Positions 18,297-24,524 of a stretch of DNA of 32,000 nucleotides are shown here, one piece after another; within the stretch, counting starts at the first letter, position 1; each line of letters starts with the position of its first letter. Location: assembly GCA_000214015.2 (NCBI GenBank), contig CAID01000016.2, forward strand, positions 206,794 through 238,793, written 5' to 3'. Source of the stretch: Ostreococcus tauri (taxonomy: Eukaryota). The position numbers were made by a program, and so were the translations under genes. The notes beneath the pieces were generated by a model. The model ran no database searches, was not told the DNA's origin, and saw nothing but the letters and a program-made list of their open reading frames with translations.

Positions 18297-20192
18297 ATGC
18301 GCGCCGATGGCGGATTAATAACTAACTGTCCGCCGTGGACGCGCAGGACGGGAGCAATGCCGCGGGGATACCGCGGTGGATACGACTACGCATTCGCGGG
18401 GTGGAGGAAGCGAAACCGTGAGGCATTCGTGGAAGCGTCTGCTGCTGCTAACGCACGTGTTGGTTGGCCAGTCGGGGGTCGCGGTGGCGCGGATGCCAAA
18501 GCTAAAGCCAAAGCCGAGGCGGACGCCGAGTCGGATGCGGCGAACGCGCGCGTCGCGTTCGCGGCGGAGGCGACACGCGTCGCTCTCGGCGACGTCACGA
18601 ACGCCGCGAGGCGAGACGAGGCGGCGCCGAAGGCGGCGAGCGGAGTCGGATTGGAGGCGCCGGTGGAGAACGACGCGCCCAAAGATACCGCTGGTGGTGT
18701 CGCGACGGCGACGACGCTCGCGTTGAAATACGTCACACGCGCCGCCGGGGACGGACTCGGAGGAGCACCGGTCGTCACCTTGGAGGTGTTTAATGCCGAA
18801 TTGTGCGCCAAGACCATGAACAATGAGACGGTGCGCGGCGTGGATTTCGAGAGCATCATCTCAGACATTTACTCGCGCGTCTCACCGAGCGCGTGCGCGC
18901 CGGACAGGTTCGCGCATTGGCTCGCGAGTGAAGCGCCATTGTTCGCGGCGACGGGGCTGCCGAAGGTCGACATGATGGATGATGATGAAGCGTCTCGCCA
19001 ACGTGCATTTCGACGTACCACCAGTTCAACAAACGCACAGTGGTCCTCCCCGCTCAACGCGGCGGAGTCAAAGTATGCGTGTCAAAATCTTAACGCGGTT
19101 CGCGTCGCGGCGATGGCGCTGGACGCGAGCGAATTCGAGTTGCGTCAGGCTTTGGAAAAGGTCGAGACGGCCACGGGATCGATGGTGCGATATCTGAACG
19201 TACGCGGGTGCTATCACTACAGAATTCGCACCGACGACGGACTCGTGTTCGCGTACATCGGGGAAAGTGTCGATGTAGAGCGACGAATCAACGAGCACTT
19301 GACGGCGCTGCTCGGCGACGGGCGCGCGCACGACATTCAGCGAGGACACGCACTCGTTCGACGAGCCCGAAAGGGCGACGACGACCATGCTGATGCTGAT
19401 TTTCAATGCAGTTTGTGGGTCATTCACGGACAGGATGAAGCGAGCGCGGTCGAGTTGGCGAAGACGTACGTGAAAACGTGCGCGTCGACGCCGTCGATTT
19501 TGGAAGTCGCGCGCGCGATTGCGAGCGCCGGATTCTTCGTCGAAGCGGTATTCACCGCGCACTACGGGACCTTGCACGAGCACACCGCGGACGGCGTCGT
19601 CGGAATGAACTTTTCTCAGCCCGGTGTGTGCCATACCAGGGAGGTCGAGATCAGAGAGACATTCGGAAAGAAGACGCGATGTACGAAGACCTTGCCGGCG
19701 TTCACGTGCGGACGGTGCGACAAAGATTTTCCGCAAGGAAAGTCGCGAAGTCACTCCCACGGAGACGGCCATGGACGCGTGTGCGCAAGATGCTACCAAA
19801 TCGCTTTGTATGCAAAGAAGCCGCAGTTTCAGTGCCTTGAGTGCGACAGAGAGATGCAAGGGAAACGAAGTTACCGCGGAGACGGCGATGGACGCGTGTG
19901 CGCAAGATGCTACCAAATCGCTTTGTATGCAAAGCAACCACCGTTCACGTGCGCGCTATGCTCGCATGCGGTTTCTCGAGGGAAACAAAATTACCGCGAC
20001 AGAGTCAGCGGTGCACGCGTGTGCGTTGGGTGCTACCAAAAAGCAAGCAAGGAGAATCAGCCACCGTTCACGTGCGCGCTATGCTCGCATGCGGTTTCTC
20101 GAGGGAAGGTGAGTCATCCCCAAAGAGATGGTGACGGGCGCGTGTGCGAAGCTTGCTACAGGAAATGCCTCGCGTCCACCCGCGAAATGTGA
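18297..20192 (+). CDS. GIY-YIG nuclease-domain protein with four C-terminal tandem GATA-like zinc fingers
   Basis: ATG at 18297 (an alternative ATG lies at 18357). GIY-YIG core: GCYHYRIRTDDGLVFAYIGESVDVERRINEH. Compare I-TevI GIYQIKNTLNNKVYVGSAKDFEKRWKRH. Downstream Glu (FFVEAVF) and Asn (VGMNFSQ) are also present. The C-terminus has four repeats of F(T/Q)CxxC-X18-21-(G)RVCxxCY. The N-terminal ~300 aa are unassigned and partly Ala-rich low complexity. Confidence 0.75.
   Translation: MRADGGLITNCPPWTRRTGAMPRGYRGGYDYAFAGWRKRNREAFVEASAAANARVGWPVGGRGGADAKAKAKAEADAESDAANARVAFAAEATRVALGDVTNAARRDEAAPKAASGVGLEAPVENDAPKDTAGGVATATTLALKYVTRAAGDGLGGAPVVTLEVFNAELCAKTMNNETVRGVDFESIISDIYSRVSPSACAPDRFAHWLASEAPLFAATGLPKVDMMDDDEASRQRAFRRTTSSTNAQWSSPLNAAESKYACQNLNAVRVAAMALDASEFELRQALEKVETATGSMVRYLNVRGCYHYRIRTDDGLVFAYIGESVDVERRINEHLTALLGDGRAHDIQRGHALVRRARKGDDDHADADFQCSLWVIHGQDEASAVELAKTYVKTCASTPSILEVARAIASAGFFVEAVFTAHYGTLHEHTADGVVGMNFSQPGVCHTREVEIRETFGKKTRCTKTLPAFTCGRCDKDFPQGKSRSHSHGDGHGRVCARCYQIALYAKKPQFQCLECDREMQGKRSYRGDGDGRVCARCYQIALYAKQPPFTCALCSHAVSRGKQNYRDRVSGARVCVGCYQKASKENQPPFTCALCSHAVSRGKVSHPQRDGDGRVCEACYRKCLASTREM
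19761..20107 (+). repeat. Intragenic near-identical nucleotide repeats within the zinc-finger array
   Basis: 19761-19817 and 19878-19934 are 57 bp long with 1 mismatch (offset 117 bp = 39 codons). 19938-19984 and 20061-20107 are 47 bp long and identical (offset 123 bp = 41 codons). Confidence 0.9.
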
Positions 20193-20257
20193 TACGAGTA
20201 ATAACTTTTGTAACGGGTAATCGGTGAAGAACTGAATTCAATGCAAGCTCTTTGATT

Positions 20258-20268
20258 AAAAATTAAAA
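20258..20268 (-). terminator. Probable Pol III terminator (T4 and T5 tracts on the minus strand) downstream of tRNA-Glu
   Basis: The plus strand reads AAAAATTAAAA, which is TTTTAATTTTT on the tRNA strand, 22 nt beyond the tRNA 3' end. Confidence 0.5.
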
Positions 20269-20289
20269 GCCTTCGCAAGGGCAAATGTC

Positions 20290-20362
20290 TTTCCTCGCCG
20301 GGATTCGAACCCGAGTCTCTAGGGTGAAAGCCTAGCGTGATAACCATCTACACTACGAAGAC
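20290..20362 (-). tRNA. tRNA-Glu-UUC: tRNA-Glu (anticodon UUC), 73 nt, no intron
   Basis: The minus strand reads GTCTTCG TA GTGT AGATGGTTA TCAC G CTAGG CTTTCAC CCTAG AGAC TCGGG TTCGAAT CCCGG CGAGGAA A. The cloverleaf folds with the anticodon loop C-T-TTC-A-C and the GTTCGAATC T-loop. The only blemish is a G1:A72 mismatch at the top of the acceptor stem. Confidence 0.85.
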
Positions 20363-20590
20363 TTTGCCGGCATTCACATGTATTGCGTGCTCGTGCGCGC
20401 GCGTCTCGAATTCAAATTTAAACGGTCGGATCTCGCGAGAAACGGATAGATAATGTCCCTCCGCGCCGCCTGGGCGCGCGCGCGACGCGGAGTGACGCGA
20501 CGGAGCGGTTTGCGCGAAATTCTCAGTGTAAAGGTGCTTCGTGTGACGTGTTGTTGATTAAAACATAACCTCGTGTCGACTCCCACGGAT

Positions 20591-22240
20591 TTATTCCACC
20601 TCAATCGTGGCGGGCGGCTTACTGTTAATGTCGTAGAGAACGCGGTTGACCTCCTTGACTTGGTTGGTGATCCGCGAGCTCACAGTCTTCAAAAATTCGG
20701 TCGGGAACGGGTACCAGTCCGCCGTCATGCCGTCGCTCGAGCACACGGCGCGCAGGCCAATCATGAACGAATGCGAGCGCTGGTCGCCCTGCACCCCGAC
20801 CGTGCGAACGGGCAAGAAGTAGGCGAACGCTTGCCAGATCTCGTCGTATAAACCAAACTCTCGGATTGTGTTGATATAAATCTCGTCGGCTCGGCGCAAA
20901 ATGTCCAACGCGTTATTCGCGGTGACGTCTCCGACGATGCGAACGCCGAGACCCGGACCTGGGAACGGATGGCGCGCCAAGAACGTGCGCGGGACGTCCA
21001 TGAGCGCCCCGAGCTTTCGAACCTCGTCCTTGAACAACATGCGAAGCGGCTCGACGAGCTCGAAACCGAGCTCCTTGGGCAAACCGCCGACGTTGTGGTG
21101 CGACTTAATCGTGTGCGAGTGCTTTTGATCACTTCCCGGGGGCGGGCACGATTCAATGACGTCCGGATAAAGCGTTCCTTGCACCAAAAACGTCGGTCGC
21201 ACTCCGGTGCGCTTTTCGATCTCGCTCTTGAAGTTCTTGAAGCACTCGATGAACTCGGCGCCGATGATCTTTCGCTTCTTCTCCGGATCGCTCACCCCGG
21301 CGAGCGCCTTGAGCATCTGCTCGCTGTGATCGACACAGTCCACGGGTAAGTGCAAGTGGTCCTTGAACATCTCCATCACGCGTTCTTGCTCTTTGTATCG
21401 CAGCAAGCCGTTGTCGACGAAGACGCAGTGGAGGCGGTCGCCGATCGCCTTGTGCACGAGCGTCGCCGCGACCGCGGAATCGACGCCGCCGGAGAGCGCG
21501 CAGATAACGTGCGCATCCTTCCCAACCTTTTCATTCACGATGGCGATCTGTTCGTCCAGGACGTTTTGCATCGACCACTCCGCCTTGACGCCGGCGATGT
21601 CGAACAAGAACCTCCGGAGCATCTCCGTCCCCTTCTCGCTGTGCGTCACCTCGGGGTGGTACTGCAACCCGAACAACTTACGATCAGCGTCCTCGATCGC
21701 CACGACCGCTCCCGCCTCGGACTTCCCGACGCAAACGAACCCGCTCGGGAGTTTCGTCGCCTCGTCGCCGTGCGACATCCACACCTGCTCCGAATCGCCC
21801 GCCTTCGACCCCTTCCCGTACAGCAACGAGTCATCGCTCTGATACACCACGGGCATGCGCCCGTACTCTCCCTTCCCGACCGCCGCCTCGACGACGCCGC
21901 CCAATCGCTGCACCAAGAGCTGCATCCCGTAGCACACCCCGAGCACGGGCGTCGACGTCTCCGCGACGCGTTCAAAAAACCCATCCGGCACCGTGGGCGC
22001 CCCCTCCACGTGCACGCTGTTCGGCCCCCCCGAGAGCACGATCGCCTTCGGCTTCAACGCCTCGATCCGCGCCATGTCCGCGTCGCCCGGCAGGAGCACC
22101 GAGTACGCCCCGAGTTCGCGCACCCGTCGCGCGATCAGTTGCGTGTACTGCGACCCGTAATCGAGGACGACCACCGCGTCGACGCCCTCCGTCGCCGACG
22201 GGCGTCCATCCGTCGTCTTCGCTCGCTTCGCGTCCGTCAT
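20591..22240 (-). CDS. guaA: GMP synthase (glutamine-hydrolysing)
   Basis: GATase domain: VVVLDYGSQYTQLIARRVRELGAYS, with the catalytic Cys in LGVCYGMQLL. ATP-pyrophosphatase P-loop: ALSGGVDSAVAA. Dimerisation-domain end: ...INSKPPATIEVE. The start is set at ATG 22240 (MTDAKRAKTT...). The ORF also offers an upstream ATG at 22309, which adds 23 Arg/Ala-rich residues. Confidence 0.93.
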   Translation of the reverse strand: MTDAKRAKTTDGRPSATEGVDAVVVLDYGSQYTQLIARRVRELGAYSVLLPGDADMARIEALKPKAIVLSGGPNSVHVEGAPTVPDGFFERVAETSTPVLGVCYGMQLLVQRLGGVVEAAVGKGEYGRMPVVYQSDDSLLYGKGSKAGDSEQVWMSHGDEATKLPSGFVCVGKSEAGAVVAIEDADRKLFGLQYHPEVTHSEKGTEMLRRFLFDIAGVKAEWSMQNVLDEQIAIVNEKVGKDAHVICALSGGVDSAVAATLVHKAIGDRLHCVFVDNGLLRYKEQERVMEMFKDHLHLPVDCVDHSEQMLKALAGVSDPEKKRKIIGAEFIECFKNFKSEIEKRTGVRPTFLVQGTLYPDVIESCPPPGSDQKHSHTIKSHHNVGGLPKELGFELVEPLRMLFKDEVRKLGALMDVPRTFLARHPFPGPGLGVRIVGDVTANNALDILRRADEIYINTIREFGLYDEIWQAFAYFLPVRTVGVQGDQRSHSFMIGLRAVCSSDGMTADWYPFPTEFLKTVSSRITNQVKEVNRVLYDINSKPPATIEVE

Positions 22241-22464
22241 CGTTCGCGCGCGCGCGTGCGCGGTCGCGTCGCGCGTCGCGTCGCGTCGGCGGTGTTCAAA
22301 AAATCCCATCGCGCGGCGGCGGCGGGGCGCTCGCCGTAATCAACCCGTCGTGAACCCATGAGAGACTGGCGGGCGCGGGTGGGGTGGTCGTGGTCGTATT
22401 GTATACGTACGACGCCCGTGTGATGCACGTCCGGGACCCCACCGGCGCGGCGGGCGCGCGTCGC

Positions 22465-22585
22465 CGTATATAATCACGACGGCGCGCATGTATTTCGTCG
22501 ACGTATATAATCACGACGGCGCGCATGTATTTCGTCGATGGGGCCATCGACGGCGTGGACATGGGCTCCGTTGTGATTATATACG
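22465..22585. promoter_or_regulatory. Candidate bidirectional promoter: perfect 2 x 37-bp tandem repeat carrying TATATAA, plus an inverted 13-bp partial copy
   Basis: CGTATATAATCACGACGGCGCGCATGTATTTCGTCGA occurs at 22465-22501 and again at 22502-22538. GTGATTATATACG at 22573-22585 is the reverse complement of the first 13 nt of the unit. It lies in the spacer between the divergent guaA (minus) and the 22733 gene (plus). TATATAA boxes face both directions. Confidence 0.5.
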
Positions 22586-22732
22586 ACGACGCCGACCCCA
22601 CGGCGCGCGAGACGAACCGTCGGGGGAACGACATCGCGCGCGACGGCACCGCGCGACGCCCCGCGCGCGCGAACGACGACGACGACGGCATCGCGCGCGC
22701 GAACGACGACGACGACGACGACGGCGCGCGCG

Positions 22733-23944
22733 ATGGCGTCCGCGGTTCGCGCGTTGCGGTGGGCGGACGACGACGAGACGTGGGACGACGCGACGACGGG
22801 GACGACGGATGCGAAGGAAAACGCGCGAACGCGCGAGAGAGATGGGAAAGCGACGGCGACGCGCGCGAGACGAGGGCTCGGCGCGTTGGACGTGAACGTC
22901 GTGGACGATCGAGGGGCGTCGCCGGGGTCGGTGGCGCGAGCGGTTTTCGCGGGGTCGACTCCGGGAACGATGAGCGCGAAACACGCGTCGCGGACGCGCG
23001 CGATCGAGGTGGATGAAGACGACGCGGAGGAGGATGCGGCGTCGACGATGATGTTGGAGACGTCGTTTGATTTGGGACTCGGGCTCGATCTGGACGATGC
23101 GTCGGCGTCGCCGAGCGAACTGGACGCGTCCGAGCGTGCGGCGCCGACGCCGTTGAACACGCCCGCGGACGGCGCGCGATTCGGCTCGTTCGGCTCCCCC
23201 GTGGTCGCGTTTGAGTCTCCCATCGTCGGTGCGCGAACGAAAGAGGAGCTCCGAGTGATGTTGGCGAAGATTGTGGACGAGATGGAGATTGATTTCGACG
23301 ACGCGTTCGACGGGGACGTCTTTGAGAAGACGCGCGAGCTCGCGGTCCGCGCGAAGAAGCCCTCAACGTTGACGATGCAAATTCCAGTGATCACGGCAGT
23401 CTTTGCACTCGGTATCATCGCGAGCGTGTTTTACGCGAGTTGGCCCGCTCGAGACGTCGCGGTGAACATCGAGGGCTCGGCGTTCTCGCACGCGTGGCTT
23501 TTTGGAGCGGGCGCGAACTGGCGCGAGTTCGGCGTCATCGGTGGTGAATCGTACGGTCGGTTGATGCGAGCGAACGAGATGATGGCGCGTCGCACACGAC
23601 GAGGAGAACTCATCCGAGTCGTCGCTCACGTCTTGTTTCGTGCGCCAAAGGTCTTGGCGTACGCGAGCGCAGTATCCGCCACCGTCGCCGCGGTTGGAAA
23701 AATCATTGACGAGGGAGCGAGAGCGCTCGATCGCTACGTCGCGAGCACGAGCGCGTGCATGATGGCCGTACAGGACGAATCGAATACGGCCGACTCGGAC
23801 GACGTGGTGAATTTCGTCGTCGCGTCCAGGACGCCGACGATTCATCCGCAAACCAGAGTGGACTCGGCGTTAACGCGTGATGACGTTTTGGATGATGAAT
23901 CCGACGCCCTCTTCGAGGGATTTTTCGCGGTGATGCACGTGTAA
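22733..23944 (+). CDS. Hypothetical acidic protein with one predicted transmembrane helix
   Basis: ATG at 22733, 403 aa. The N-terminal half is acidic and Ala-rich. A hydrophobic helix is present (IPVITAVFALGIIASVFYASW). The sequence contains dispersed repeat copy B. The long ORFs on the opposite strand here are GC-rich shadow frames. No family is recognised. Confidence 0.55.
   Translation: MASAVRALRWADDDETWDDATTGTTDAKENARTRERDGKATATRARRGLGALDVNVVDDRGASPGSVARAVFAGSTPGTMSAKHASRTRAIEVDEDDAEEDAASTMMLETSFDLGLGLDLDDASASPSELDASERAAPTPLNTPADGARFGSFGSPVVAFESPIVGARTKEELRVMLAKIVDEMEIDFDDAFDGDVFEKTRELAVRAKKPSTLTMQIPVITAVFALGIIASVFYASWPARDVAVNIEGSAFSHAWLFGAGANWREFGVIGGESYGRLMRANEMMARRTRRGELIRVVAHVLFRAPKVLAYASAVSATVAAVGKIIDEGARALDRYVASTSACMMAVQDESNTADSDDVVNFVVASRTPTIHPQTRVDSALTRDDVLDDESDALFEGFFAVMHV
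23468..23523. repeat. Dispersed repeat copy B (inside the CDS): identical to 17172-17227
   Basis: Exact 56/56 match, read directly from the sequence. Here it is in frame and encodes IEGSAFSHAWLFGAGANW just after the TM helix. Confidence 0.95.
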
Positions 23945-23966
23945 AATAAAATGAAATGTGACGTAC

Positions 23967-24064
23967 GATGAAAGAGCCGTGTACTCCCGAATCCGCGCGC
24001 ACCGTGGCCACCCTTGATGAAAGAGCCGTGTACTCCCGAATCCGCGCGCACCGTGGCCACCCTT
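23967..24064. repeat. Perfect 2 x 49-bp tandem duplication
   Basis: GATGAAAGAGCCGTGTACTCCCGAATCCGCGCGCACCGTGGCCACCCTT occurs at 23967-24015 and at 24016-24064. Each unit contains the 8-bp palindrome GTGGCCAC. It lies between the stop of the 22733 gene and the tRNA-Lys terminator. Confidence 0.95.
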
Positions 24065-24079
24065 GGCCGTTTTGGGCTT

Positions 24080-24087
24080 AAAAAAAA
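24080..24087 (-). terminator. Pol III terminator (T8 on the minus strand) for tRNA-Lys
   Basis: A run of eight A on the plus strand starts 4 nt beyond the tRNA 3' end. This gives TTTTTTTT on the tRNA strand. Confidence 0.8.
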
Positions 24088-24091
24088 TCGA

Positions 24092-24276
24092 TACCTTCAA
24101 CGGGGCTCGAACCCGCGACCACACGCTTACACTACGGGACGATGTCCGTGTACTGTCAAGCATTCAGTCAATCACACTGTTACGTGCGGTTGAAGTTGAA
24201 ATGTGCATATAGAGCCCGAAGTCATCGGGACGCCTTATTTAAGAGGCGTGCGCTCTACCAACTGAGCTATGAAGGC
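24092..24276 (-). tRNA. tRNA-Lys-CUU: tRNA-Lys (anticodon CUU) interrupted by a ~112-nt intron at the canonical 37/38 position (intron 24128-24239)
   Basis: Minus-strand 5' exon: GCCTTCA TA GCTC AGTTGGTA GAGC G CACGC CTCTTA. 3' exon: A GCGTG TGGTC GCGGG TTCGAGC CCCGT TGAAGGT A. The anticodon stem CACGC/GCGTG and the acceptor stem (with a G1:U72 wobble) form only after removal of 24128-24239. The splice point is ambiguous by 1 nt because of flanking A residues. Confidence 0.8.
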
Positions 24277-24524
24277 CTTGTTCGGATCACGTCGGTCGAC
24301 GCGTTCACAGCTTGTATGAGCTTATACTACGAGGTGTAACAATTGTCGGTCCGGAAAAATGAAGTATTTAGTATAGCAAAAGTTACGGGTATTTCAGAGA
24401 CGAAGTCGCGCGATCATCAGCCCTCGCACGCACGTTTCGCTCGACGCGTTCGTCTGATCAGAGACACGATGATTCGCTAGTACCTCATGATGTTTCAAAT
24501 CTCTAAGACTTCGTGTTTTCGCCC

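Noticed and set aside
21350-22339. A 329-aa plus-strand ORF, together with analogous ORFs at 25074-26123 (+), 28213-29127 (-), 10201-11040 (+) and 10450-10965 (-).
   Set aside because: Each is exactly antisense to, or frame-shifted within, a gene with unambiguous conserved motifs (GMP synthase, AGM1, RPL4, WD40/Ycf66). They are shadow ORFs typical of high-GC coding DNA.
22296-23418. Two very long minus-strand ORFs (356 aa and 314 aa) overlapping each other and the plus-strand 22733 gene.
   Set aside because: They lie in extremely GC-rich, stop-codon-poor sequence where several frames stay open. Their products are Arg/Ser/Pro/Ala low-complexity strings with no motifs. The plus-strand frame has an ATG, a TM helix and more normal composition.
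24092-24276. A permuted or split tRNA gene, as described in some picoalgae.
   Set aside because: On the coding (minus) strand the 5' half precedes the 3' half in the normal order. The interruption is at the canonical 37/38 site, and a terminator follows the 3' half. A long canonical intron is the simpler reading.
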